Shown piece after piece: positions 37,501 to 50,517 of a stretch of 64,000 nucleotides of DNA. The notes under the pieces are model-generated. The model was given only the letters and a program-made list of their open reading frames with translations, was not told the origin of the DNA and ran no database searches. The stretch is from Convolutriloba macropyga. Taxonomy: Eukaryota. The translations under genes and the position numbers were made by a program. The stretch's first letter is position 1; each line of letters starts with the position of its first letter. The stretch spans positions 65,658,001-65,722,000 of the forward strand of contig NC_134475.1 of the NCBI RefSeq assembly GCF_964194025.1, in the 5' to 3' direction.

Positions 37501-40500
37501 ATTCATCGATCAAAGTGTCAAGGATCAATTACAAGCCAAATGCACGGACGTTACCTTGAACAAGTTGGCATACATGGGATGCAAAATTTGAGGACAGAGA
37601 AGGTTCTTATCACAATAAAGGGACTACATTAAAAGGTGCATTCGATTGAAGTGTTTGCACACCCATCAATCTCAATGGGAAACACGACATATGATTACAA
37701 GGAACTGAGGAACAACTTCAGACACCTGATTGTTCTCACTAACAAAACATTCAACCTGATGGAAGTGGGCATAATACTTGGACAAGATGCTTACGAAATT
37801 CAACATTCATTGGACTAAAAGTTTGGAACACGAAGTGAGACTTTTGCCGTCGTAACAGAATTAAGATGGGTAGACTGTGGTCCAGTGACAGGCAAGAAAA
37901 TTCAAAACTTTTGTCATTTCGCCTCCACAGAAGATGCGAAAGTGGCAGAAAATATTCAATCATGGTGGGACATTGAAACTTATGCTTCCAACATAAATGT
38001 TGTAACTCAATCAATGAAAGAGCAGCAAGCTCAGAAGTTCTTAGAGAGCATGACAAAGATTACAGGCGAGCGATATGAAGTAGGCTTGCTCTGGAGTGAA
38101 CCAGAACCCAATCTTCCAAACAACTACGGCTCGGCCCTTGGTCAGCTCTACTCATTGGAACGAAGACTCCAAAAGGACCCTAACTTGAAAGGAATGTATC
38201 AGCACTCAATTGATACAGATGTTAAAAAGGGGTTTGTGAAGATCCTTGGTAGATCGGAAGTCAAAGGTACTTTTGGAAAGAAACGGTATTTGCCACACCA
38301 TCCAGTATTAAACCACAATAAACCGAGTGAAGTTCGTCGCGTTTGCAATGCTGCAGCCAAGTAATACAATGTATGCCTAAATGACAAGCTAATAGCCGGA
38401 CCCGATCTCTTACACGGATTGAGCGGATCAAAATTCAGAATCCGAGAGGGACCAATAGCCCTAAACGCAGATATTGAATCAATGTTTCTGCAAGTGCAAG
38501 TTCCTGAAAGAGATAAAAGCTGCCTGAGATTCCTGTGACGACCAACAATGAACGAACCTGTTCAAATTTACGGATATCAACGTCATGTTTTTGGAGCAGA
38601 GTTCACCAACATGTGCCAACTACGCTCTGAAGCGAGTAGCGATCGATAACGAAGACGAGTTCCCTATTGCAACAAAAACAATCCAAAGCAAATTCTACAT
38701 GGACGATTTAATCAAGTCAGTCGAAACACTTGAAGAAGCAATCAAGGTTTTCAAACAACTGCAACCTCTTCTCTCAAAACGCGGATTTGAACTGAAGAAG
38801 TGGATCACCAACAGCGACTTGGTATCCAACGCAATCCCAGTGGACTTGAGATCAATCAGCAACACAAAGCAGGTCGAAGTAGAACCCGATAAGGATGGTT
38901 CATCCGTACTTGGGCTTCAGTGGACGATTACCGATGATAGTCTACAGGTTTGTAAAGGTACAGGCAAACAAATTGAGAACCCAATCACCCAAAGGAAAAT
39001 CTTATCCCTTCAGTGCTTGATCCTCTTGGACTGTTTGTACAATTCAGTGTTCATATGAGACGACTCCTGAAGAGCATCTGGACCAAAAATGGACAACATT
39101 GGTACAACTCAGTAGAACCTACCGAAGAAAAAGAGTTTTTGAAGTGGAAGGTGCGAATTCCAGAATTAGCAGAAACCCGCATTGATAGAAAATACTTCAG
39201 CACAGCCAAGGACAAATGTGAACTTCATGTGCTTGCCGAGGCATCTGAACATACAATGTGCGCAGTGGCATACCTACGTTCAAAGCCCAAAGAATACTCA
39301 GCAGACTTTGTAATCCGAAAGTGCCGAGTCGCACCGATGCGACACCTTTCCATACCACGCTTGGAACTACAGCAGCAGTGATGGCGGTGAGACTTAAAGA
39401 ACAGATAGTGAAGGAACACGAATCGAAGATTTAAGGTTGTAACTTTTGGACAGACTCCACTACTGTTCTGCAATGGATTCATAGCTCCCACCGTAAGCAA
39501 CAGGTGTTTGTTGCAAACAGAGTTGCTGAGATGTTGGGTACAGCTAATTGTTCGCAGTGGAATCATGTGAGTGGTATTAACAATCCAGCTGACATCGGGA
39601 CACGAGCCATCAATGTTGACGAACTTAAGAGAAGCGAATGTCTCACTGGGCCGGCCTGGTTGAAGCAACGAGATAACAAATGGCCTGAACAGGTGAACTT
39701 AACGTTTGCTTCAGACAAACAAAACGACCAAATGGTCTTCTCATCAAAGGTTGAAGAGAAGAAGCCGATTTTTCGGAGGGAACGATTCAGCAATTTCAAC
39801 CGACTAGTGAATACAATGACATACGTACAGCGCGTATTCAAAAAACACAAACCGGCAACAAAAACACCCTCTCTTTTGAAGAAAGAGAGAGTGCACAAGC
39901 AAGCATCTTCAGACTACTGCAGCAAGTACAGTTTGCTGAAGAGATGAAATCTCTCATGGTTGAAAAGGAAATTCCAAAAAACAGCAAAATCCTCCAATTT
40001 TCACCATTCATTGACCAGCAAGAACTTATTGGAGCTCAAGACAGAATAGATGAAAGTCAAATTAACTTCGAAACCAAGCATCCAATACTGTTACATTGGA
40101 AGGACCATTTAGTTGAATTATTCCTGCGAAATGAACATAAGAATAGTCATCACGAAGGTACTGAACATGTCAGAAACATAGTTCAGCAGAAATTCTGGAC
40201 CCTAGGCATACGAAATGCTTTGAGATCGATCAAAAACAAACGCATTAAATGTCGAAAAGGAAGTGCCCAAACAAAGGCACCAGTAATGGCAGATCTACCT
40301 GAAGAGCGATTAGTCGAATCAACAGTGTTCTCGAATGTGGGCGTAGACTATTTCGGACAATTCACAGTAATGATTGGCCGAAGAAACGAAAATCGTTGAT
40401 GCTGTCTATTCACAAGCCTTACTGTACGAGCAGTGCATATAGAGATCGTACCAAAACTAGACACTGATAGTTGTCTGAACGCAATTATGCGATTCATTGC

Positions 40501-42056
40501 TCAAAGAGACAATTCGGTCAAAATGATTAGTGAAAACCGGACAAACTTCGTTAGAGCTGAAAGAGAATTGGCAGAGTTTATAGCAGCATGGAACAAGGAG
40601 CAAATTGAAGAACACTGATTCAACAAGGTATCAGCTGGAAATTCATCCCACCTGCAGCGCCACACTTTAGAAGAGAGTGCGAAAGAATGGTTAGGAGTTG
40701 CAAGAAGGCAATGTACGAAGTGCTGGGCAATCGATCAGTCACGGAAGATGTTCTGTCAACCACCATGTGTCTTGATGAACAGACGCTGAATGCTAGACTG
40801 CTGACACCGGTCAGTTGTGATGTTATCGAATTAGAAGCCATCACTCCAAACCATTTCCTACTTGGCAGCAAGAACCTTTGTTTACCGTATTTATCAGGTG
40901 CAGAGCAATTTGTTGACCATAGAAAGCTCTTCCGACAAACACAAGCTTACGCAGACCTCATCTGGGACAGGTTCCGTAACGAGTACTTGCCAACGTTGAA
41001 CAGTCGAAAGAAATGGCAGACCCCAACGGAGAGAAGTCTTCAGCAGTGTGACCCTGTGTGGTTAGTGGAATACAGTGACAAACGTGGATTTTACGATCTG
41101 GGTCCAAAAACCGAAACCTTCGAAGGTTCCGACGGTTTGATTCGGTCAGCGAAAATCCAAACGAAAAATGGATACTACAAGAGGCCAGAAGTGAAGCTCG
41201 CTCCAGTACTACTAACAGGCGATGATGTGTTCAAGAAGGAAAACAGGGCCGGCGATGTTGGAGCTGAGCTTAAGGAATAACAAATAAATGCGTAGGACGA
41301 AAACTAATACGGTGTTCTATTTTTATCCGGACTATCAATCCCTTTAGCAAGAAAACTGTGTATAGCGAATCAGAAACAGCCGCGTATGCCACGTAAGCAG
41401 ACAAAAATGTTAACAAACTGATAGAAAAAACAACTCACAAGTTGTTTTTCCCAGCCTGGCAACTAGAGCTAGCACATAAACTCAGCAAAAAGATTGTTGA
41501 AATAATATAGACTTGAGCAGTATATTTGTTACTGCATCGTGTCAAAACCAAACACTTGAGCAGTATAATTGTTAAATTGATACTATGTCTTGATACCATA
41601 AATTTGTCTTGAGCAATATTTTATCTAATATTGTGTCTTGTATCGAAAATGTCTCGAACAGTGAATTAAATTTTCTGTGTCCTGATTTCCAATCTTCAAC
41701 TCGTGAATACTCTGCAAAAATTGCAACACAAACACCTAGGTTTAAGTTAGAAACCAATTCTTCATATCACTTCTCAGGCATATATTTTTGCCTCAGATTT
41801 TTTCATCAAAACCATTGAACTGGTAAACATATAGAAATCCCGTATTGTGTGATCTGTGGACCCAGTTCAATTGACAAAACAATCCAAAACTAAGTTAGTT
41901 AAATTAGTTAATGCAACGTTAAGTACAGCAGAACGGATATACAGTTACAAAAGCAAACTGCATAAACGAAGTATCTGGACAGATTTTGTAAGCACTCAGA
42001 ACGAACTGGGCGGTGTAAAACTTTCTTTGTGAAACACAAGGAGAGCAGCCGTTACA
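34571..42056 (+). mobile_element. BEL/Pao LTR retrotransposon 2, full-length but decayed (LTRs 34571-35348 and 41256-42056)
   Basis: TG...CA LTRs about 85-90% identical by eye, PBS-like TTTGGTCCGCCAACCCGG at 35349 and PPT-like GAAAACAGGGCCGGCGA. Coding remnants: gag FDGIPLEWPEW and CYGCLGKGH, protease FLDIGS, RT FYMDD, integrase VGVDYFG. The TSD is degenerate (CCGGT/TCGGG). Confidence 0.93.
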
Positions 42057-44334
42057 TCGGGTGTAAAGTTGTTTTAAGACCGCGACATAAAGTAGTTTTA
42101 CATCCTTATTCATAAGATTAAAAACATATAAGCATTTGAAGCGGAATCCGTTTCCATAAAGCAACCGGTTGTATTTTTTAAGTATGGTAGTAATGACATT
42201 TCCTAAAAATTAAAGACGATCAAATTATTTCTGAGTAAAAATAAAATTCGAGCCATTTGTCTATGTTGCCTCGATTTACATGATTACTATTCAAAAACAA
42301 AATCTACAGAACTCTATTTAGGATATTGTGGCCACCACTTCCTTGTAAAGCGGCATGACATGAATAACCAGGATGAGGTCATCAACCCAAAACAGGTATT
42401 GGCCAGACAGACTTGGTTTTTGGGCTGGGGGTTGCAAAACGATCATACCCCGCAATAGATTTTAACCAGACCGAACACACTTTGGCTACCCTTGGGTAGG
42501 CCAAAAATACTTTGGTCTCCATCGATCAGAACGAACAGATTTGCCCCGAATTTTGGACAGGTCGAACAGACCTAAGGCCAGTGTTTTGGCCAGAACATAA
42601 GCCAGAACAACCAAACACTGAGTCAGGCCATTGATCAGACCCAATTAAAGATGTCTGACCCAATAAAAGCATCAAATAGAAATTTTATTGTATTCCTTCA
42701 ATTTTGTTGAACCAGAAATGAAAACGCAAAAAAAATTATTTGGTGAAAAAATTTGTCATTTTAGAAGTCATTGCGAACTTAAGAAACTGTTTTGATGAGG
42801 TAGTATAGTCATATAAATATAGGCGTAGGTTACCAATGATTGAATGTTATTTTGAAAAAAGTCAATTTAGCAAAGGTTTTTAAATTTTGCTTCAGAACGG
42901 CTCTTCGTTTGGTTGGAGATCTGGGCTTTGAATATGGCTTTATTCCAGAACCAACAGACCGAAAAGTGGGTATCGGCCTAAGCATAAAAAGAGTGAAATG
43001 TTGGTATTGACTTGACAAAACAGGTCGAATTTTGGGTGGTGATCAGAAAGAACAGAAATTCTAATGGTCAGACGGAGGGCACGACCAAAGTTTTTCCAGA
43101 CCATTGAGATGGGTTACACCGCGCCCCCTGTCCTCGACCCAAGTCGGTGTGGCCATTATCTGTCCCCGGTTGCAGATCTCGTCCTGGGCAGACTTTCTGC
43201 TTAGCTTGGAGTAAGGAATGGTTATTGATGTTATGCTATTCATGTGGAACAATGTTGGCCTTTATTTTTTAATTTCTCTCAGATCAGTTTTTGTGGCGAC
43301 TCTCGAACCCGGAATCTTAATGACCACTTCAAACATTAAAGAGTGTGTTTCCATCTTTTTTATATTCGTTAACTGGGGGTAGCGGTATGTGTCGGAGATA
43401 ATAAATAGGTGGGGGATAGATAATTTAGGGGGACTTAGTTACATGACAGGCAGGTTGGTGAGGTAAGTACAGGGGTGTAAGTAAGTGGGAGTGGGAAGAG
43501 GTGGGCGGGTAGGTAGGGGGGGGGGTGGCGGCTGTAGCTTGGATAGGGAAGATAGACTGTTATAGCATCCTAACTGCGAAATAACTTTTTGCTCTTCAAT
43601 ATAACCAGTAGTTCTTAATAACTGTACATTAACAAAATAATTTACTGTTATTGTTGAAAACAAAAGTCAGCTTTATAAAACAGAAGTACAAAAACTCTTT
43701 GTCGCAAAACTTTGTAGGATATAAATACTCTTCTTCGAGTCGTAAAAAAGACCCGATGCTTCCAATATTAGTTTTACACTAGTTTTACTCAAAATTTTCA
43801 GGCAATTTCACAGTTTATTTTCAGTTTATTTTTTAGTGCGCATTTGTAGCCATTTTACACGCTGAACAAAGGCTGAAATTTCATCACCAGTTAGCCATTT
43901 CAAAAGCACATTTATAATTTAAAACGTGAGGACGTTATTGCACTGATAGAAATTTATACGGGTCAGAATTTATTCATAATTCTAGAACTAAAATTTAACT
44001 CCTGTATTTAGGCCACTGCTGTATTGAAATCTCGTGGAAAATGACAATCTTTCGTTTTTATTATACAATGCTCAAAAGCTGACTCAAAACATTGTTAAAT
44101 AGCTTTGATAATCGGCTCTTAAATGGTAAGCTTTATTTATTTATTCAAAATATTCATTCTGTATCATTATTTCAGATTATCAGGATTTGAACAAAAATAA
44201 AAGCGTCTGAAATATGATACGAGGGGTTAAATAATCGAATATTCTCTTTTCTCTTTTCCATTTTTTCTCTTTTTCCATCACTGACTTTTTCATTAATTAA
44301 ATATATCGTTGTTTTATTCTTTGAACAGTTTTTC

Positions 44335-44465
44335 AGATATTTTCCGTTTGTGCCCCCCCCCACCAGTTCGCCATGCACCCCTAGTACAGAGCGCGTGTCA
44401 TTGCATAGTAAATCATTCAGATAAAATATGGCACGTGCGTCTGGGGGATGCAACTAATATGCACC
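44335..44465 (+). mobile_element. MITE-like family A, left part (interrupted by the Maverick; right part 58132-58171)
   Basis: The left end GATATTTTCCGTTTGTGCCCCCC pairs with GGGGGACATAAACGGAAATGATCC at 58147-58171. Joining the two parts recreates the copies at 3590-3733 and 21316-21382. Confidence 0.75.
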
Positions 44466-46530
44466 AGTAGTATACTAAAATGCACGTATTGTCACGGGGG
44501 GGGGACGTCCCCCCCCGTGACAAATCGTGCATAACGTTTTGTCACGGGTGGGGACGTCCCCACCCGTGACAAATCGTGCGGTACATTTTTGAGGTCGAAA
44601 AATTTTGTCTCTCAATTTTGCCGGGGGACAAAAAAAAAATTTTCTCGATTTGTGCCGGGGACAAAAACTTGTAAAATTTTCTCAAATTTGTGGGGGACAA
44701 AAACTTGCAAAATTTTTGTCAATTTTGTGCGGTGAGAAAAACTTGTGAAATTTTTGTCGAATTTGTTCGGTGGGCAAAAACTTACGATTTTTCCAGCTAT
44801 TTTGTGCGGGGAATAAAAACTTGTTAAAATTTCACAGTTTTCTGGAATTATTGAAAAACTTGTGAAAATTTTGCAATTTTTGGGGGTCCCTTAAGTTGGT
44901 TTTAAAATTTAAAAATTCTTAAACCCTTTTTTAGTCAAAAAGACTATTCATGGGTTTTCAAAAGACAGAAAATTTACTAAACTTTTCATTATTTCAATCT
45001 CGTCATAAGTTTTATGACGAGATTGCCGACCGGTAAATTGATGTGCCGACCGGCAATTCCAAGTGCCGACCAGTAAATTGTGTAAAACAAGGTGTTTGAG
45101 GGACAATGCAAATGTGATCACGTAATATAGTGTAAAACTTGGGGAAAACTATAAAAATGACAAAATTTCAACGGGAAAAACTGATGTCCGACTGAACCTT
45201 ACTGCGTAACTTAGGCAAAATGATAGAATGAGCAGTCTATTTCCCTTAAATACTTAAAAAAACTAAGCTTAAAAAAACTTAAATACTTTAAACCAAAATG
45301 GAGTCAAATTTTGGTGGTTTTGATCCAACATCTGGTTTTGATCCAACATCTGGTTTTAATTTGATAGTTTTATTGCCCATTTGTTATCCCAGATTAGGGA
45401 GTGTGGGCAGATAAAAAACCAATAAAATTTAAGTGCCAGGGCTCCAAATTGAGAATTATTGTGTCTGATAAGAAATTTGCAGCGTCCGAGGTGAAAAGGA
45501 TGCAACTTTGCAGAAAATGAGAAGAAATATACGTATGAAATGGACAAAACAAATGCTCGAAACTATATGAAATGTTCCAAAAAAGTACTGAAAAAGTGTT
45601 TGAAAATGTGCGGTAAAGCAATTCATATACCACAACTGTATGACGGAAGAGTTAAAAATGGAGAAAAAATTAGTGTATTTTTAGAGTAAAAATTGTTGTT
45701 TTTGAACAATTTTATGCAAAATACTTCCTCAAAAAGCAATTCCATTATGCACAAACTGTTTTGCATTGAAAATGACAACAAGTGCCGACCGGTAAATTGT
45801 GTGAAACAAGGTGTTTGAGGGACAATGCAAATGTGATCACGTAATATAATGTAAAACTTGTGGAAAACTATAAAAATGACAAAATTTTAACGGGAAAGCT
45901 GATGTCCGACTGAACCTTACTGCGTAACTTAGGCAAAATGATAGAATGAGCAGTCCATTTCCCTTAAATACTAAAGAAAACTAACTTTTATTTTTTGTGA
46001 ATGATATTCTAATTTTTTCTCTACATTAATAAACAGTTTTCCTGTTCTGTTTTTGTTCTCCAAAAATCTTCATAGCACTAACAATAACTTAAATAAAGCT
46101 GTATTTCTACAGAGTTTATCAATTTTTATCTAATCTGCACTTGTTTTTTCCGACCTGTGATTGGTTGAAAGCTGACTGAAGATTAATTTTAGCCTGGTGC
46201 ATATGTCAATATATGTTTTTGATTTTTGTTTGTTTTGCAAAATTTGGTCAAGGTTTTTGTGATTGGTTGGCCGAGTTTTAGGAATTATTATGTCTACTAC
46301 ATGTGCCAACATATGTCTTTCATTTCTATAAGCAATTCAGTGTGGTGGTCTCCGCTTCTCTGATTGGTCACTCGAGTTTAGCCTTTATTATCGTCTTGCA
46401 CATGTTTGAACACGTACTGTTTTATTATCAAAGACACGGTGTGGTCACAAGTTTGAGTTTGTATTTAAAAAGAAAGTAGTATGTCGTCGTCTCAAGATTA
46501 CTTTGATTTTTATCACAATATAGCGCGTTC
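44466..46530 (+). repeat. Left terminal inverted repeat (~2.06 kb)
   Basis: Reverse complement of 56305-58131 apart from an extra block at ~45020-45295. It contains two GC-rich palindromes (44490-44522, 44540-44571), ~35-bp tandem repeats (44620-44880) and several CCAAT boxes. Confidence 0.9.
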
Positions 46531-46801
46531 TGAAAAACGATATGTAGTTGCCTGTCTGAAAACATATGATAATACTGGAACTTCTATATCGCTGAAACTT
46601 TTCAAAAAAGAGAACGGAGACAACGAATTTCGTTTCAACCAAAAACTCACTCTCTCTATGCAGGAATTGGAGCAAGTGGGAGAAAATATAGATGCTATTA
46701 GAAGAATAGCTCTCTCAAAATTTGCGAACGATCAGAGCAGCTCTGGCAAAAAGAAAGTTACAGCCTGGTTCCAGTTTAGAAACAAATGGTCAAAATCGTA
46801 G
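46481..46801 (+). CDS. Maverick ORF, PC4-like ssDNA-binding protein candidate (3' end probably disrupted)
   Basis: ATG start. The pattern YVVACLKTYD..SISLKLFKK...QKLTLSMQELEQV resembles the PC4 fold (ISL..EQW..L). Pattern recognition only. Confidence 0.45.
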   Translation: MSSSQDYFDFYHNIARSEKRYVVACLKTYDNTGTSISLKLFKKENGDNEFRFNQKLTLSMQELEQVGENIDAIRRIALSKFANDQSSSGKKKVTAWFQFRNKWSKS

Positions 46802-46861
46802 CTGCAGATTCAAAAAATCAAAAAAAAGCCTCAGAGAGTGATAAAGAGAATTAAATAGCAA

Positions 46862-47467
46862 ATGAAAATGGTTGAAGCAATGTTTGAGCGTACACCTGAA
46901 TATCTTCGACAATTCCAAAAACTTTTTCGATATTTTATTGGCAATAGTGAGCCCCAATTTGATTCTAATCTTACAAAAAACTTCGCATACAGCCAGCACA
47001 AAAATGAAGATCATTGCAAAATACAACAATTTCCTTACCATGTCATTGCTGCTGTTGATCAATTACCGCAGTCCTTCAAGGATACTTCTTCTAAACCATA
47101 AACAATACCATGTCTCTTCACTTGTTTTCAATTGCTCATTCGGGGGTTTTCTCACATAGTGCATTATGGCGAAGTGATGGAAAAACTTCAAGACGCAGTC
47201 AGTTACAACGATCAGCACAATCTAGCTGTTTCAGTTTCTAAGAAAAAATTACCAAATGTAAACATGCTAATGACACAGGATTTCCAAACGCAAACTGACT
47301 TTTTACCTACTTGCACTATTGATAGATTTTATAGTATTTATAATGGTGGTATGTACGGTGAGCTTTCCAAAATACTTGATATATTAAATAGTGGCTATGT
47401 TTGTTTGCATCTTGATAATAGTTTGATTTTGATAAATTTTAATATGGAATCGAAATATTTTAATTAA
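46862..47467 (+). pseudogene. Fragmented Maverick ORF(s) of unknown function
   Basis: Consecutive short + strand ORFs (46862-47101, 47132-47467) converge on the protease gene. No recognisable motif. Confidence 0.35.
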
Positions 47468-47528
47468 CAATTGTCTTGTTCTCTTGTCTTTGAAGAAAGA
47501 ACTGAGCAAAAAAAGTTAATAAAAAATG

Positions 47529-47954
47529 TTAGAGCATATGGTTAGCAAAATGTATCAAATCATTATCGTTCATATTCAACATCAAAAGATATTCATAACC
47601 AAACATCACATGTGCAATAAAAATGCAAAAAAGTCCAAAAAGTTTTGAATTTTGATTTTGAACTGGCTTAAGTTTGAGTATTTGAGTTACTTCATTGTAA
47701 AATTTTAACAGTCGGCAATACAATAATTGGTAGTTTTGTATCGGGGTTCCAAGCGGATCTGCCAAATAAACTTTGTTTTTGTGAAGCAAAAGAACCATCC
47801 AATGACTTCCTGCATGTTGCGACGGTGAAGCATTGACTATGATAAATCCTTCTCTTGTTAACTTTGGGAAATTGTCCGCGGCAAAAACTCCATAAAAATA
47901 ATGCTTCAAATGAATACATTTTCCCAGCAAATAGCGTATTTCATCACTATCCAT
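47529..47954 (-). pseudogene. Adenain-like cysteine protease (catalytic Cys replaced)
   Basis: MDSDEI...GVFAADNFP...IIVNASPSQHAGSHWMVL...YLADPLG...QNQNSKLFGLFC: His and Asp are present, but the Q...CG.FC nucleophile reads FG. Confidence 0.85.
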
Positions 47955-47959
47955 CTCTG

Positions 47960-49270
47960 GGGTAGGTGATAATCGAGTTTTTTTCACCTTTCGTTCCGAA
48001 TTAACATAGAATGTTGAGCTTCTTTCACCCAGAAATAGAATTTCTACGTTGGCTGCCAATGCTCCGTCAAATGTAAGTTGAACTGAAATTGAGCAATTTG
48101 TAAGTTCTGGATGAATGAAATCATGAGAAGCTTCTTGCGTTGATGTTAAATCAAAAGCTAGAATAAAGTGATTGGGATAATTGTCCAGAGTTATGCCATG
48201 CCCACCTTTGTCAAGAAAATCTAGGGCTTCAAGAGTATTGAAATAAATGCGGTGGTTGAAATTTGTTGAGACAGGAGTTCCAACAATAGGTTGACCATTT
48301 CGATAAACAACAATTTGGCTCAAGTTGAATTTCTGGTAGTGTAAGGGATTTGTGCGATTAGTTCCGAGGTATGCTTGATTTGTTGCCATTGCAATTATCA
48401 TACGCCGTACAGGTTCTTTCGAGAAAAAATCCTCATGGCTCCAACTTCTTATTCCAGTTGTAGCTGAAAAAGTTCGCGGCAATACTTCTGTATAGCGATA
48501 CACGGCAGGTGTTTTTAGTAGAGTTTTCTCAATCGCCGTCAAAACATGATCCGCTATTGTCATTTTTCTAACGTAGAGATAAGCTTCAATTATTTTGACT
48601 TTGTAATGTTTGTTTGACTCTGAAATTACAGCAAAATCATTTGTAGACCTTCTAAATGAAATTCGCAGAGTAACACCACTAAGTAAGTGTTTATCACAAG
48701 TTAAAATATCACTCGCCGCCTTTCCAAAAAATAGTTTTCCTGGGAATTAGCAACAAGAGCTTTTCTGGCCGCTACGTCGTCCGCGCGACCATCGGCGCCA
48801 TCAATTTTAGCTGGCTCTTCCTCGTAATAATATCCCTGACAAACTAGCCATGTGTTTTTTGCAGTTTTTCTTGAAGAAAATTCTGTTTCAATGAATGCTC
48901 TGTGAGCATAATTTACGTTTGTATTGGAAATTTTAACACCGTTAGCAGATACAGTGCATTCTGAAAATAAAGAATGTAATGCGTTGTTGCTAACGTATGG
49001 CGCGTCTGTATTTGTAGCATCAGTTCCTGTTCTTAAATCGCCGTCATTGTTTCGGGAGATTTTACATTTAATTTCGAGGAGAAGTTTCTGTAAATCTATG
49101 AAATTGTTTCTATCGCCCAAAACTTCAAACTCAAGCATTGGACCGTGCGGTGAATAAGATGGTCCGACTTTTTGAGTAAAAGCATTGTCAAAAGTAATAA
49201 ACAGAGACTGTTTTTCAAACAAATCAAGTGTGGTGGGTGTTGCCTCTGCGGGCAGTAAATTAGTAATTAT
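47960..49270 (-). pseudogene. Double jelly-roll major capsid protein (hexon-like), frameshifted
   Basis: N-terminal TLDLFEK, then FEVLGDRNNFIDL, NNALHSLFSECTVSANG, NYAHRAFIET, NPLHYQKFNL and ILAFDLT. Split across ORFs 48701-49222 and 47529-48563. Confidence 0.88.
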
Positions 49271-49274
49271 TTTG

Positions 49275-49652
49275 AACTTTAGAAAAGAAATTTGACCGAC
49301 TTCTCGTCAAGGGCTTCTTCTTACGAATGCCTTGTTTTGGGTTTTCACCGTTGGTTTTTAATTTACGTATTCTTTTTGATCCGCCCACTTGTTTTCTCAC
49401 AGTTTTTTGCACAGTCGATTTTAATGCTTGTTTTGGAGAGTTTTTCTTTGTAACAACCTCTATAAGCTCAGGAGCTGCTTGAACAATTAATTCACGTCAA
49501 ATCTTTTTGGCTACAAGCCAAAGAAATTTTCTTGCAATCAGTAATGCTGCTCTGCCAATACCTGCTGCTAAAGCCCCAAAACCGCTTCCTCGTTGACGAT
49601 AGTGTCCTGAAAAGTATGGTGACACCGATTGCTGTTGATAGTAGGCTTCCAT
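49275..49652 (-). pseudogene. Basic core/membrane-active virion protein precursor (pX/cupiennin-like); not in the ORF track
   Basis: Manual translation gives MEAYYQQQSVSPYFSGHYRQRGSGFGALAAGIGRAALLIARKFLWLVAKKI*...RKQVGGSKRIRK, with adenain-type QxGxG/QVGG sites, an amphipathic helix and a Lys-rich tail. It sits between penton and MCP. Confidence 0.7.
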
Positions 49653-50517
49653 TTAGTCGAATTTTTTAAAATTTAAAGTCAAAATAACTTTTCCTGTTCC
49701 AGCGAATGGAACTAATTCTCCAGTTTCTGTCCGCAATTGAATTTCAATTGACTGAAAATTTTTTGATAATAACTTTTTGTATTCCAGGTTGCTGAAGACA
49801 ATTCTGTGCGTTGGCTCTATTTCGCAGGGGCTACTGTTTTTCAGGCGTTGTTTTGAATCAATGACTCGAATAAGAGGAGCTTTAGTATCACCTACGTATT
49901 GATACTCAATAATGTTAACGTAAATAAAAATCAGTTGCTTCCCTGCAGACAAATCAAAAGGATAATCGCCAATAAAAATTTTTTTCTTCGTCATCAGCCG
50001 TTGTCAGATTTTCAAAAGTGTCCAACATCTTGTATCCAATATGATAACCAGACCCATCGTGAATACCGTTGAAACCGAGTATGCTTGGAATTTCTTTATC
50101 TGGAAAAGTAATTCATTCGTTTTTACCAAAAAAGAGGAATAAAACTCCGTTGAATTTGTTAAATTGAAAGTCAAAATGAGGCAATCCAGTAGCTGTTTTT
50201 AAGGATCTCAAAAGATGGTCACGGTTTTCATAGGAACCAGTTCCAATAATTGCTCGTTCTCCACCGTATGGTCTGGAGACAGCATCAAATGGAATACTTT
50301 TTTCATAAAACTTAAGGCCTTCAGAAGAAAATATCTTTAAATCACTTTTGTTCACTTGATTTATTTTTGCCCGGAAGATAATTTCACTTAGTGCAACTCG
50401 CCAATCCCCCTCCAAATTAATTTCTTCATTGAAATAATTTTTGAATGAGGACAAAGTGTTTTGAGGAAAAATATTCATAGAGGCTGATGAAACTAAGTGA
50501 ACCGTGAATTCATTCAT
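49653..50517 (-). pseudogene. Minor capsid protein (penton), disrupted
   Basis: MNEFTVHLVSSASMNIFPQNTLSSFKNYFNEEINLEGDWRVALSEI and FIYVNIIEYQYVGDTKAPLIRVI...IEIQLRTETGELVPF are typical Maverick penton motifs. Confidence 0.88.

Noticed and set aside
42330-43560. Region with recurring GAACAGA motifs and a G-rich tract (possible G-quadruplex at ~43485-43530)
   Set aside because: Probably decayed repeat or low-complexity DNA. I could not define ends, a period or a second copy.
44620-44880. CRISPR-like repeat-spacer array
   Set aside because: The repeats are degenerate tandem units without unique spacers, lie inside a eukaryotic viral TIR, and no cas genes are present.
47529-48563. Apparent natural capsid-protease fusion protein (344 aa)
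   Set aside because: The protease has its own ATG (47954), and the join lies at an A-run where MCP would normally end. A frameshift in a decayed copy is the simpler explanation.
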